From a virus (taxonomy: Duplodnaviria; Caudoviricetes): a DNA stretch of 59,840 nucleotides. A program made the translations under genes and the position numbers. The DNA lies in the IMG/VR virus record IMGVR_UViG_3300001336_000006, positions 1 to 59,840 of that record, one strand, 5' to 3'. Of this stretch, positions 1-10,472 are shown piece after piece. Under the pieces are notes generated by a model. The model had not been told where the DNA came from and did not search any database. It saw only the letters and a program-made list of their open reading frames with translations. The number at the start of each line of letters is the position of its first letter. Position 1 is the first letter of the stretch.

Positions 1-24
1 GTTAGTTCTGGTGGCACTTTCTAA
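1..24 (+). CDS. 3' end of upstream gene (partial; ...VSSGGTF*)
   Basis: Open frame from base 1 ending TAA at 22-24, 10 nt before the ATG at 35; GGxF* is a C-terminus typical of phage structural proteins. Confidence 0.5.
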   Translation, partial: VSSGGTF

Positions 25-34
25 GAAACAATAG

Positions 35-3000
35 ATGGCAAACACAATAATTACACTCAAAAGTTCTGGTGTTTCCGGAAACGTACCAAGTTCCCTTCAG
101 TCTGGTGAATTAGCAATTAACTATGCTGACGGGAAACTTTTTTATGGTGACTCTTCAAACACTGCTGTTTTGTTTGATGTTATCACAGAACCTGCTGGAT
201 TAAACGGTGAAGTTCAGTTTAATGACAGTGGTTCTTTCGGATCATCTTCAGGATTCACTTACAATCAATTAACAGAAGCATTAACTGTTACACTTTTGAA
301 TGTTGACAGTGATGCTCAGATTGATGGTGACACGACTTCCAACACATTCATTTCTTCTAAGTTAGCATTAGCGAAACCAGAACCGGGTAATTATACTGGT
401 GAAAGAATTCGTCTTTACGATTTTAATTCGCCTTCAAAAGTAAATTATTCTATTGGTGTTGAAACGAGTGCTATCTGGAATGCGGTTGATACCAATCTTG
501 AAGGTCAAGGTTTTAAGTGGTATGGCGCAAACACTGAGATTGCAAGACTTTCTGCAACAGGTAACTTAAAGACTTCTGGTGTTGTCACATCACAGGGTTT
601 TGTTGCAAACACATTCATTGAATTTCCTGACGGCACCAGACAGTTCAGTAGCGCAGACATTGTAGGTAACTACGCAAACTCTGCTTACGATCACGCAAAT
701 TCATCTTATTTACACGCCAACTCAGCATACGATTTCGCAAACACTAGAGTAAGTGACTCTGGTGATACAATGACTGGTGATTACTTTATTAATGGTAATC
801 TCACTGCAACCTATGTAGAAGTTGAAACGGAACTTTTTGCGGGTATTGCAACTTCTCAAGCAACATTACTTCCAAACATTATTGCTCAGTTTACAAGTAA
901 CTCTGAGACATACACTCAAGTCAATCAACAAAACATTAATCCAAACGGTTCGGCAGACTACGTTGTTACTGCTGATGTTGGTGATGATGATACATTCTAT
1001 GTTGATATGGGTATCAAAGGATCAGGTTATAGTTATTCTGGCGCACCAGTACATTATCCACTAGATTCATACTTGATCGCTAAAGGAAGCAATATCGGTC
1101 AACCCGGTGGTAATCTTGTAATCGGTACAATCACATCCTCATATGATACGGAAATAAAGTTTATTGTTGGTGGTGAATATACAGAAAATGTTGTTTCTTC
1201 AATTGACAAAAGTGGAATGTATGTTAATGGTCAATTCACAAGTGAAACAACAAACACTATTGCATCATACGCAAATTCTTCTTTTGGTGCCGCAAATGTT
1301 GCTGATCAGAAAGCAGTAAGTGCGGGTTCATACGCAAATTCAGCATATACTCAAGCAAACACCGGAACTCAATATGCATTGTCTGCTGGATCATATGCGA
1401 ACTCTGCTTATTTACAAGCAAATACTGGTACCCAATACGCACTTTCTGCTGGTTCTTATGCGAACTCTGCGTACACTCAAGCAAATACTGCAACAACTAA
1501 TGCGGCACAAGCAGATCAGAGAGCAGTAACATCTGGTGATTATGCTAATAGTGCATTTGCATTGGCAAATACTGCAAATGTACATTCAATTTCTGCGTAC
1601 AATCAAGCGAACACTGCGACAACAAATGCCGCAACTGCTGATCAAAAGGCAGTATCTGCTGGATCGTTTGCTAACAGTGCGTTTGATACTGCGAATACTG
1701 CAATCACGAACGCCTCTATTGCTGATCAACGTGCTGTAACTTCTGGTGACTATGCGAACTCAGCATACACACAAGCAAATACTGCAACAACTAATGCCGC
1801 AACTGTTCAATCACACGCTGACTCTGCATACGATCAAGCAAACACAGCAACTACTAATGCGGCAACTGCTGATCAACGTGCTGTAACATCTGGTGATTAT
1901 GCGAATAGTGCTTACACACAAGCGAACACTGCAACCACGAATGCATCAATAGCACAATCACATGCTGACTCAGCATACAATCAGGCAAATACTGCGACTA
2001 CAAATGCGGCAACAGCAGATCAAAAAGCAGTCTCTGCTGGTTCATACGCAAACAGTTCTTTCAATACTGCCAATACTGCAATCACAAATGCCTCTATTGC
2101 AGATCAAAAGGCAGTCTCTGCAGGTTCTTATGCGAACAGTGCTTTCTTAACTGCCAACTCTAAAGTAAGTAAGTCTGGTGATACAATGACCGGACAGTTA
2201 ATTATAACTGTTGAAGATGCACCATTCATTGTCGCAAATACCACATTAGTTGCAAATCTAAATGCAGACTTGTTGGATGGTTTAGATTCAACTGCATTTG
2301 CTAACGCAGATTTTGCGAACACAGTCAACACACAATCTTTAACTACTGGTGTGTATGCTAATGCCGCATTTGATCAGGCAAATACCGCAACGACTGATGC
2401 CGCAGTTGCTGATCAACGAGCAGTAACATCCGGTGATTACGCTAATAGTGCTTTTACTGCTGCAAACACGGCAGACCAGAAAGCAGTAACATCTGGTTCT
2501 TATGCAAATTCAGCATTTATCCAATCAAACACTGCTACTACTGATGCAGCAACAGCAGATTTGAAAGCGGTTATTGCGGGTTCGTATGCAAACTCAGCAT
2601 TTAATCAGGCAAATACAGCAACAACAAATGCCTTAAATGCACAAACACATGCTGACTCTGCTTATGATCAGGCAAACACATCAACTACAAATGCCGCAAC
2701 AGCAGATCAGAAAGCGGTAACATCTGGTGTTTATGCTAATGCCGCATACACTCAAGCGAATACTGCAACTACCAATGCTTCTATTGCAGATCAGAAAGCA
2801 GTGTCTGCTGGATCATATGCCAACTCATCATTTTCTGTTGCAAACACAGCAAATCAACGTGCAGTCACTTCTGGTGTTTACGCTAATGCGGCATACACTC
2901 AAGCAAATACTGCGACAACAAATGCCGCAACTGCTGACCAAAAAGCAGTTAGTGCTGGAGTTTATGCCAATAGTGCATTTGCAACAGCGAACTCAAAAGT

Positions 3001-4381
3001 AAGTAAATCTGGTGACACGATGACCGGACAGTTGATTATAACTGTTGCGGATGCTCCTTTTATTGTTGCCAATAATACTTTAGTTGCGAATCTGAACTCT
3101 GATCTGTTGGATGGATTAGATTCAACATCTTTCGCTAATGCATCTTTCGCTAACATCGTTAGTGCAAGTGCAACTACGACTGGTGTTTATGCTAATGCGG
3201 CATACACTCAAGCAAATACTGCAACGACAACTGCACAATCTGCTTATGATCAGGCAAACACATCAACTACAAATGCCGCAACTGCTGATCAGAAAGCAGT
3301 ATCTGCAGGTTCATATGCTAACTCAGCATTTGTTCGTGCGAATAGTGTTCAAACACATGCGACTTCCGCTTACAATCAAGCAAACACTGCCACAACTAAT
3401 GCCGCAACTGCTGACCAAAAAGCAGTATCTGCAGGTTCATATGCTAACTCAGCATATAATCAAGCGAACACAGCGACCACTAATGCCGCAACTGCTGACC
3501 AGAAAGCAGTATCTGCAGGTTCATATGCTAACTCAGCATACGCATTCGCAAATACCAGATATGCATCAACAGGTGGAACAATTGATGGTGACGTTACTAT
3601 TACTGGTAACTTGAATATTACAGGTAATGTGGTTTCGCATGGTTCGGACGATTTAATTATTGATGATCCAATCGTGTTGTTGGCAAATAATAATACATCA
3701 AATACAATTGATATTGGTTGGTCAGGAACATATAGAGATAATGGCACAGACAAACATCTTGGTGTTATTTCTCATGCCGCAACAAATACATTTTATGTTT
3801 TTAATAATTATGAACCGAGTTTTCTAGACTCCAACATACTAGACATAAACGATGCGTCATTTAGAGTTGCAAATTTAACTGCAAATCTTATCACCGATGT
3901 TGTTCAAGTTCGTGGTTATGATCCAATTGATCATGCGAACGCAGCATTTTCAATTGCAAATAGTGCTGCAAGTTTAGCAAACACAAAAGTAAGCAAGTCT
4001 GGTGATGTAATGACTGGTTCATTGACAGGAGTTACAACTCTTGGTGTCAATGTTATCACATTAGAACAGTCACAGATAACAACAAATACGTTCACAACAT
4101 CTTCCACTTCTCAAGTTTCTGTGGATGAGTTTTCATCAACAGCTTATAGGTCTGCTAAGTATTATGTCCAGATGACAAGTGGATCAGCGTATCATGTGAT
4201 TGAGTTGAGTTTGTTGCACGATGGATCAACAGTTAACTTAGTTCAGTATGGAGAAATTAGAACTGGAGCATCTTTAGGTACATTTGATGCGTCTATAACA
4301 ACAGGTACTTTAAGTTTATTGTTCACACCAACTAATGCGACAACAACAGTAAAACTAACAAGAACAACAATAGAAGTATAA
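35..4381 (+). CDS. Long repetitive virion fibre protein (Mtd_N-like N-terminus, Ala/Asn-rich coiled-coil repeats, conserved C-terminal beta domain)
   Basis: 1448-aa ORF; N-term LKSSG..P..L.SGELAINYADGKLFY; many ~28-aa AVSAGSYANSAYxQANTATTNAATADQK repeats; KVSKSGDTMTG motifs; C-terminal YRSAKY..LLHDG..YGEI domain; lies upstream of gp13. Confidence 0.8.
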   Translation: MANTIITLKSSGVSGNVPSSLQSGELAINYADGKLFYGDSSNTAVLFDVITEPAGLNGEVQFNDSGSFGSSSGFTYNQLTEALTVTLLNVDSDAQIDGDTTSNTFISSKLALAKPEPGNYTGERIRLYDFNSPSKVNYSIGVETSAIWNAVDTNLEGQGFKWYGANTEIARLSATGNLKTSGVVTSQGFVANTFIEFPDGTRQFSSADIVGNYANSAYDHANSSYLHANSAYDFANTRVSDSGDTMTGDYFINGNLTATYVEVETELFAGIATSQATLLPNIIAQFTSNSETYTQVNQQNINPNGSADYVVTADVGDDDTFYVDMGIKGSGYSYSGAPVHYPLDSYLIAKGSNIGQPGGNLVIGTITSSYDTEIKFIVGGEYTENVVSSIDKSGMYVNGQFTSETTNTIASYANSSFGAANVADQKAVSAGSYANSAYTQANTGTQYALSAGSYANSAYLQANTGTQYALSAGSYANSAYTQANTATTNAAQADQRAVTSGDYANSAFALANTANVHSISAYNQANTATTNAATADQKAVSAGSFANSAFDTANTAITNASIADQRAVTSGDYANSAYTQANTATTNAATVQSHADSAYDQANTATTNAATADQRAVTSGDYANSAYTQANTATTNASIAQSHADSAYNQANTATTNAATADQKAVSAGSYANSSFNTANTAITNASIADQKAVSAGSYANSAFLTANSKVSKSGDTMTGQLIITVEDAPFIVANTTLVANLNADLLDGLDSTAFANADFANTVNTQSLTTGVYANAAFDQANTATTDAAVADQRAVTSGDYANSAFTAANTADQKAVTSGSYANSAFIQSNTATTDAATADLKAVIAGSYANSAFNQANTATTNALNAQTHADSAYDQANTSTTNAATADQKAVTSGVYANAAYTQANTATTNASIADQKAVSAGSYANSSFSVANTANQRAVTSGVYANAAYTQANTATTNAATADQKAVSAGVYANSAFATANSKVSKSGDTMTGQLIITVADAPFIVANNTLVANLNSDLLDGLDSTSFANASFANIVSASATTTGVYANAAYTQANTATTTAQSAYDQANTSTTNAATADQKAVSAGSYANSAFVRANSVQTHATSAYNQANTATTNAATADQKAVSAGSYANSAYNQANTATTNAATADQKAVSAGSYANSAYAFANTRYASTGGTIDGDVTITGNLNITGNVVSHGSDDLIIDDPIVLLANNNTSNTIDIGWSGTYRDNGTDKHLGVISHAATNTFYVFNNYEPSFLDSNILDINDASFRVANLTANLITDVVQVRGYDPIDHANAAFSIANSAASLANTKVSKSGDVMTGSLTGVTTLGVNVITLEQSQITTNTFTTSSTSQVSVDEFSSTAYRSAKYYVQMTSGSAYHVIELSLLHDGSTVNLVQYGEIRTGASLGTFDASITTGTLSLLFTPTNATTTVKLTRTTIEV
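1245..3560 (+). repeat. Degenerate tandem 14/28-aa (42/84-bp) repeat array within the fibre gene, including a duplicated spacer domain at about 2130-2370 and 2970-3210
   Basis: Repeated YANSAY/F..QANTATTNAATADQ(K/R)AV; the block NSKVSKSGDTMTGQLIITV.DAPFIVAN.TLVANLN.DLLDGLDST occurs twice, 840 bp apart. Confidence 0.9.
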
Positions 4382-4405
4382 AATCAATTAAGGGGATAGT
4401 GAACC

Positions 4406-6433
4406 TTGGCAGCAGATAAGACTTTCGTAGTCCGCAACGGAGTACGAGTTGGCACAACAGATGTCATAGACAGTTCTGGAAACTGGATTGGACCCGGTAC
4501 TAACATCACAGGAGATGTTGGTTTTCAGGGTGCATCTGGTCGTCAAGGTATTCAAGGTGCTCAAGGACCAACTGGTGCAACAGGTCCACAGGGTATTCAA
4601 GGTTCAACAGGATCAACTGGTGTACAGGGTGCAACTGGTGCCACTGGTGTGTCTGGAGTTTCTGGAGCACAGGGACCTCAAGGACCCGCAGGAGCACAAG
4701 GTCGTCAAGGTTCAACTGGTCCTACCGGAGTATCTGGAACACAAGGTGATACTGGAGAAACTGGAGTTTCTGGAGCACAAGGTCCGCAAGGAACAGTTGG
4801 ACCTCAAGGACCTCAAGGTAGACAAGGAGCAACTGGTCCACAAGGAAGGCAAGGAACACCGGGAGCGCAAGGTGTAGCAGGAGCACAAGGACCACAGGGA
4901 TCAAGAGGACCCCAAGGACTTCAAGGTGTACAAGGAGCAACTGGTCCACAGGGCGTACAGGGTTTAGTCGGTGCAACAGGTCCACAAGGGTTTCAAGGAA
5001 GACAAGGTTCCACTGGATCAACAGGTGCAACAGGAAGACAAGGATCAACTGGAGGCACTGGATCTCAAGGTGTTGCAGGTGTCACTGGTGCAACTGGATC
5101 ACAAGGATCACAAGGACCTCAAGGACCACAAGGAGTTCAAGGAGCACAAGGTTCAATTGGTGGTACAGGACCGCAAGGTGTTGCAGGTGTCACTGGTGCA
5201 ACAGGATTCACTGGCAGACAAGGTTCTACTGGTCCTACAGGAGCAACAGGAAGACAAGGATCAACTGGAGGCACTGGATCTCAAGGTGTTGCAGGTGTCA
5301 CTGGTGCAACAGGTCGTCAAGGAGCACAGGGTCCACAAGGACCTCAAGGAAGACAGGGATCGCAGGGTTCTATTGGTGGTACTGGATCTCAAGGTATCGC
5401 AGGTGCAACAGGACCAACAGGATTTCAAGGTAGACAAGGATCAACTGGTCCAACAGGAGCAACAGGAAGACAAGGTGCAACTGGGGGTACTGGTCCTCAA
5501 GGTGTTGCGGGAGTTACAGGCGCAACAGGTAGTCAAGGTTTTCAGGGTAGACAAGGTGTACAAGGTTCTACTGGACCACAGGGAGTTCAGGGTGCAATTG
5601 GTGTAACAGGATTTCAAGGTGTCGTTGGTGTTCAAGGAGCGCAAGGTCGTCAAGGATCGCAAGGTCCACAAGGAAGACAAGGAACAGCACCAACTGGTGC
5701 AACGGGTCGTCAAGGAGCACAAGGTGCGACAGGAGTAACAGGATTTCAAGGTAGACAAGGAACACAAGGACCCCAAGGACCTCAAGGATCAACGGGAGCG
5801 ACTGGTCCACAAGGAAGACAAGGTATTGCGGGTGTCACTGGTGCAACAGGTCGGCAAGGAGCACAGGGCCCTCAAGGACCACAAGGTCCTCAGGGTCCTC
5901 AAGGATTTCAAGGAAGAGTTGGAACATCTATAACGGGTGTCTCTGGAAGACAGGGAGCAGTTGGACCTCAAGGAGCACAGGGTAGACAAGGTGCAACACA
6001 AACACTTCAGACATCAGTATCTGCACTGGGAGTTGGCACTGCTGCTGGTCCCACAGGAACCATTCGTGCGACTAGTGATATCACATCGTTCTATTCTGAT
6101 ATCAGACTCAAAGATAATATTGAGTATGTAAAAAATGCAGGAGAAAAACTGTATAGACTCAATGGTATGTTCTATAAACAAAACGAATTGGCAGAAAAAT
6201 ACGGTTACAGAAATTATTCACAACAAGTTGGTCTATTAGCACAAGAAGTTCAGAATGTTGTTCCTGAAGCGGTGTTTCCTGCACCATTTGATTTGGATGC
6301 AAACGAAAATAGTAAGTCTGGTATGAATTTTCTGACGATTAAATATGAGATGTTAATACCTCTTATTATTGAAACTATCAAAGAACAACAAAGAGATTTA
6401 GAAGAAATTTCTGAGAAATTAAATGGCAACTAA
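4406..6433 (+). CDS. Collagen-like fibre protein 1 with C-terminal peptidase S74 intramolecular chaperone
   Basis: TTG start after AGGGGA; Gly-X-Y from aa 36 to 531; [11 protein letters not shown] autocleavage motif, [12 protein letters not shown] and terminal coiled coil. Confidence 0.9.
   Translation: MAADKTFVVRNGVRVGTTDVIDSSGNWIGPGTNITGDVGFQGASGRQGIQGAQGPTGATGPQGIQGSTGSTGVQGATGATGVSGVSGAQGPQGPAGAQGRQGSTGPTGVSGTQGDTGETGVSGAQGPQGTVGPQGPQGRQGATGPQGRQGTPGAQGVAGAQGPQGSRGPQGLQGVQGATGPQGVQGLVGATGPQGFQGRQGSTGSTGATGRQGSTGGTGSQGVAGVTGATGSQGSQGPQGPQGVQGAQGSIGGTGPQGVAGVTGATGFTGRQGSTGPTGATGRQGSTGGTGSQGVAGVTGATGRQGAQGPQGPQGRQGSQGSIGGTGSQGIAGATGPTGFQGRQGSTGPTGATGRQGATGGTGPQGVAGVTGATGSQGFQGRQGVQGSTGPQGVQGAIGVTGFQGVVGVQGAQGRQGSQGPQGRQGTAPTGATGRQGAQGATGVTGFQGRQGTQGPQGPQGSTGATGPQGRQGIAGVTGATGRQGAQGPQGPQGPQGPQGFQGRVGTSITGVSGRQGAVGPQGAQGRQGATQTLQTSVSALGVGTAAGPTGTIRATSDITSFYSDIRLKDNIEYVKNAGEKLYRLNGMFYKQNELAEKYGYRNYSQQVGLLAQEVQNVVPEAVFPAPFDLDANENSKSGMNFLTIKYEMLIPLIIETIKEQQRDLEEISEKLNGN
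5027..5310 (+). repeat. Exact 68-bp direct repeat (5027-5094 = 5243-5310), part of a 216-bp higher-order period in collagen 1
   Basis: gcaacaggaagacaaggatcaactggaggcactggatctcaaggtgttgcaggtgtcactggtgcaac present twice; degenerate third copy at about 5459. Confidence 0.9.
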
Positions 6434-8438
6434 TAAAAACTTTGTAATCAAAAATGGACTGACGATATCTGTTAATGACAGAATTGCAGCGAACGGAGTT
6501 TGGACAGGACCACCTTCCAACTATCCCGGAGCGCAAGGTCCTCAAGGTGTACAAGGTTTAACTGGTGCAACAGGAGTTGTTGGAGCACAGGGACCTCAGG
6601 GTCTTCAAGGTGTTACTGGTGCTCAGGGACCACAGGGAGTCGCAGGAGCACAAGGTCCACAAGGATCAACTGGTGTGACTGGTCCAACTGGATTTCAGGG
6701 TGTTCAAGGAGCAACAGGAGTTGCAGGAGCACAAGGGTCAAGAGGACCACAGGGTCCACAAGGTACATCACCAACTGGTGCAACTGGTCCTCAAGGATTT
6801 CAGGGTGCCCAAGGATTTTCTGGATTTCAAGGTCGTCAAGGCACTCAAGGACCTGCAGGTAGACAAGGATCATCACCTACGGGTGTAACGGGTCCTCAAG
6901 GTAGACAAGGAGCACAAGGATTCACTGGATTTCAGGGTGTCTCTGGAGCACAAGGACCGCAAGGTAGACAGGGTGCATCACCGACTGGCGCAACTGGAAC
7001 AACTGGTGTTTCGGGAGCACAGGGACCCCAAGGACCACAAGGAGTTTCTGGAGCACAAGGTCCTCAAGGACCACAGGGTACTGCACCAACAGGAGCAACT
7101 GGTGCAACTGGTGTTTCTGGTTATCAAGGCTTTCAAGGAAGAAGTGGTGTTGCTGGATCACAAGGACCACAAGGACCACAAGGCACTGCACCTACGGGAC
7201 CACAAGGAGTTCAGGGTGTTGCGGGAGCACAGGGTCCACAAGGAACTCAAGGAGTTGCAGGAGCACAAGGTCCTCAAGGTCCACAAGGTACTGCACCAAC
7301 AGGAGCAACAGGTACAACTGGTGTTTCTGGATATCAAGGTTTTCAAGGTCGTGCGGGTGTTTCTGGCACACAGGGTCCTCAAGGTCCACAGGGTACTGCA
7401 CCCACAGGTGCAACAGGCGCAACGGGAGTCTCTGGTGCTCAGGGACCTCAAGGATCACAGGGAGTTGCAGGAGCACAAGGTCCTCAAGGTCCACAAGGTA
7501 CTGCACCCACAGGAGCAACTGGTGCAACTGGTGCAACAGGAGTAGCGGGTGTCTCTGGAGCACAGGGCACACAAGGTAGACAAGGTGTTCAAGGACCCCA
7601 AGGACCACAAGGAGTTGTTGGTGCAACAGGTGTAACTGGAATTGTTGGTGCAACTGGTTTTCAAGGCGTTCAAGGAGCACAGGGTCCACAAGGATCACGA
7701 GGACCTCAAGGACCACAAGGTTCAGCAGGAGCAACAGGAGCAACGGGTCTAACAGGAGTATCTGGTTTTCAGGGTAGACAGGGAGCACAAGGACCTCAAG
7801 GAGCACAGGGTAGACAAGGTACTGCACCAACAGGAGCAACTGGTGCGACAGGTGTAACTGGAGCACAAGGATTTCTAGGAAGAACCGGATTTCAAGGTCG
7901 TCAAGGAGCACAAGGTCCTCAAGGACCTCAGGGATCAACTGGACCGCAAGGTGTACAAGGTCCTCAAGGTTTTCAAGGAAGACAGGGTGCAACTAGTACC
8001 GCATCAACACCAAACGTTTCTGCATTAGGTGTTAATGCCGCAGTAGGACCAACAGGTTCTATTCGTGCATCATCAACAATTACCTCTTTTTATTCTGACG
8101 AAAGACTGAAGAAGAATATTGAGACAATAGATAATTGTTTAGAGAGAATAACAAACATCACTGGAATTTATTACACACAAAATAAATTTGCAGAAAAGTT
8201 TGGTTATAAAGATTATCGCAGACAAATAGGTGTGATTGCACAACAAATTAAACCTTTTGCTCCAGAAATCGTAAAAATTGCACCATTTGATTTGGATGAA
8301 AACGGCAACAGTAAATCTGGTGAAAATTATTTGACTGTTCAGTATGAAAGACTGATACCTATGTTAGTTCAGTCAATTAAAGAACAACAAGTGCAAGTTA
8401 AAGAATTGTTAAAGAAAATAGAAGATAGAGGCAAATAA
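6423..8438 (+). CDS. Collagen-like fibre protein 2 with C-terminal peptidase S74 chaperone
   Basis: Gly-X-Y aa 36-524 with nine G-x-x-P-T-G interruptions; [11 protein letters not shown] and GVIAQQI motifs. Confidence 0.9.
   Translation: MATNKNFVIKNGLTISVNDRIAANGVWTGPPSNYPGAQGPQGVQGLTGATGVVGAQGPQGLQGVTGAQGPQGVAGAQGPQGSTGVTGPTGFQGVQGATGVAGAQGSRGPQGPQGTSPTGATGPQGFQGAQGFSGFQGRQGTQGPAGRQGSSPTGVTGPQGRQGAQGFTGFQGVSGAQGPQGRQGASPTGATGTTGVSGAQGPQGPQGVSGAQGPQGPQGTAPTGATGATGVSGYQGFQGRSGVAGSQGPQGPQGTAPTGPQGVQGVAGAQGPQGTQGVAGAQGPQGPQGTAPTGATGTTGVSGYQGFQGRAGVSGTQGPQGPQGTAPTGATGATGVSGAQGPQGSQGVAGAQGPQGPQGTAPTGATGATGATGVAGVSGAQGTQGRQGVQGPQGPQGVVGATGVTGIVGATGFQGVQGAQGPQGSRGPQGPQGSAGATGATGLTGVSGFQGRQGAQGPQGAQGRQGTAPTGATGATGVTGAQGFLGRTGFQGRQGAQGPQGPQGSTGPQGVQGPQGFQGRQGATSTASTPNVSALGVNAAVGPTGSIRASSTITSFYSDERLKKNIETIDNCLERITNITGIYYTQNKFAEKFGYKDYRRQIGVIAQQIKPFAPEIVKIAPFDLDENGNSKSGENYLTVQYERLIPMLVQSIKEQQVQVKELLKKIEDRGK
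6762..7520 (+). repeat. 105-bp (35-aa) tandem period in collagen 2
   Basis: (T/S/A)(A/S)PT interruptions start at 6765, 6870, 6975, 7080, 7185, 7290, 7395 and 7500. Confidence 0.9.
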
Positions 8439-8440
8439 TC

Positions 8441-10465
8441 TTGGCAAACAACTCAATTTTTATCGTAAAGAATGGATTGACCGTTGGTGTCAGTGATGTC
8501 ATTGCCGCAAACGGTGTTTGGATTGGTTCTACACAAAACATCAAAGGACCACAAGGACCTCAAGGTTTTCAAGGTCGTCAAGGTGTGCAAGGATCAACTG
8601 GTGCAACAGGACCCGCAGGTATTCAAGGCAATGTTGGTGTTACTGGTCCTAGTGGTTTTCAGGGAGTAGTTGGAGCACAGGGCAGACAAGGAACTCAAGG
8701 TCCGACCGGATTAGCGGGCGCATCTGGTGTGCAAGGTTCACAAGGTGCAACAGGACCACAAGGAGCACAAGGTTTTGCTGGATTTCAAGGAGCACAAGGA
8801 GCACAAGGTCCTACTGGTCCAACAGGAAGAACTGGAGTCGCTGGTGCTCAGGGTCCTCAAGGTATATCTGGAGCACAAGGCATACAGGGTGCAACAGGAG
8901 CACAGGGTTCACAGGGTGCAATTGGACCAACTGGAGTAATCGGAGTTTCTGGATCACAAGGAACAAACGGTTCAACAGGTCCACAAGGATTTCAAGGTAG
9001 ACAAGGAGCACAGGGAGCACAGGGACCTCAAGGCGTTCAAGGTGTTACTGGTCCCGCAGGATTTCAAGGTCGTCAAGGTGTAACTGGTCCTAGTGGTTTT
9101 CAAGGTAGACAAGGAGCACAAGGTGTTCAAGGTCCACAAGGTCCAACTGGTGCATCTGGTCCAACAGGTAGGCAAGGTTCAGTTGGTGTAACTGGTCCTG
9201 CAGGATTTCAAGGAAGACAAGGAGCACAGGGAGCACAAGGACCTCAAGGTCGTCAAGGTGTTACGGGACCAACAGGGTTCCAAGGTAGACAAGGTGTTAC
9301 TGGTCCTAGTGGATTTCAAGGAAGACAAGGAGCACAAGGCGTTCAAGGTCCACAAGGAGTAACTGGTGTTTCTGGTCCTCAGGGTAGACAGGGTGCAGTT
9401 GGCACAACAGGACCTACTGGTTTTCAGGGCAGGCAGGGAGCACAAGGAGCACAAGGTCCACAAGGAGCGCAAGGTGTTACTGGACCAACGGGATTTCAAG
9501 GTAGACAAGGCGTTACTGGTTCAAGTGGTTTTCAAGGAAGACAAGGAGCACAAGGTGCTCAGGGAGCGCAGGGACCTCAAGGAACACAGGGTTCAGCTGG
9601 AGCGACTGGTCCTCAAGGTAGACAAGGAGTTGTCGGTGTTCAGGGTGCCCAAGGTCGTCAAGGAGCACAGGGTCCTCAAGGACCTCAAGGTGCAACTGGA
9701 TCACAGGGTGTTCAGGGTATCGCTGGCGCAGCAGGATTTCAAGGAGCGCAAGGATTTACAGGATTTCAAGGAGTTCAAGGACCTCAAGGATCACAAGGTC
9801 CAACAGGCTCAACAGGACCAACAGGAGTCACTGGTGTCGCAGGTTTTCAAGGTAGACAGGGTGTACAAGGAGCGCAAGGAGCACAGGGTCCTCAAGGAGC
9901 AACTGGCGCAACTGGTCCAACAGGTGTAACTGGTCCCCAAGGTCCTCAAGGTTTTCAAGGTGTTGCGGGAGCACAGGGAGCACAAGGAGCACAGGGTCCT
10001 ACAGGCAGAAATGGTTTTCAGGGTAGACAAGGTGTTGCAGGACCAGTAGTAACTCAAGTTGCAGCACTGGGGGTCAACACAACAGCAGGACCAACTGGTT
10101 CTATTCGTGCAACAAACTCTATCACATCATTCTATTCAGATGAACGACTTAAAGAAATTGTAGGTTCTGTTGACCGTCCACTAGAACGCATAGATAGAAT
10201 TAGAGGAGTTTATTACGAACAGAGTGACTTGGCGAAAGACCTTGGTTTCGAAGACAGAGGTAAACAAATTGGGTTGATTGCACAAGAAATGAAAGAAGTA
10301 TTACCTGAAGTTGTTTCCAATGCTCCCTTTGATGTAAACAAACACGGACACAGTGTTTCGGGTGAAAATTATTTAACAGTTATGTATGAAAGAGTTGTAC
10401 CATTGTTGATTGAAGCATTGAAAGAACAAAAGGATCAAATAGAGTACATAAAATCTAAATTGTGA
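8441..10465 (+). CDS. Collagen-like fibre protein 3 with C-terminal peptidase S74 chaperone
   Basis: TTG start after GAGG; uninterrupted Gly-X-Y from aa 36 to 533/536; [10 protein letters not shown] and GLIAQEM..VLPEVV motifs. Confidence 0.9.
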   Translation: MANNSIFIVKNGLTVGVSDVIAANGVWIGSTQNIKGPQGPQGFQGRQGVQGSTGATGPAGIQGNVGVTGPSGFQGVVGAQGRQGTQGPTGLAGASGVQGSQGATGPQGAQGFAGFQGAQGAQGPTGPTGRTGVAGAQGPQGISGAQGIQGATGAQGSQGAIGPTGVIGVSGSQGTNGSTGPQGFQGRQGAQGAQGPQGVQGVTGPAGFQGRQGVTGPSGFQGRQGAQGVQGPQGPTGASGPTGRQGSVGVTGPAGFQGRQGAQGAQGPQGRQGVTGPTGFQGRQGVTGPSGFQGRQGAQGVQGPQGVTGVSGPQGRQGAVGTTGPTGFQGRQGAQGAQGPQGAQGVTGPTGFQGRQGVTGSSGFQGRQGAQGAQGAQGPQGTQGSAGATGPQGRQGVVGVQGAQGRQGAQGPQGPQGATGSQGVQGIAGAAGFQGAQGFTGFQGVQGPQGSQGPTGSTGPTGVTGVAGFQGRQGVQGAQGAQGPQGATGATGPTGVTGPQGPQGFQGVAGAQGAQGAQGPTGRNGFQGRQGVAGPVVTQVAALGVNTTAGPTGSIRATNSITSFYSDERLKEIVGSVDRPLERIDRIRGVYYEQSDLAKDLGFEDRGKQIGLIAQEMKEVLPEVVSNAPFDVNKHGHSVSGENYLTVMYERVVPLLIEALKEQKDQIEYIKSKL

Positions 10466-10472
10466 GGTTAAA

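Noticed and set aside
1245-10050. Repeat arrays as a CRISPR array or as DGR template/variable repeats
   Set aside because: Repeats are in-frame coding units with synonymous variation; no unique spacers, no adenine-specific mismatches, and no cas or reverse transcriptase gene in the window
4488-10057. Many 60-270 aa alternative-frame and minus-strand ORFs over the collagen genes
   Set aside because: Shadows of the 9-bp Gly-X-Y periodicity (GGN-NNN-CAA); low-complexity translations without RBS
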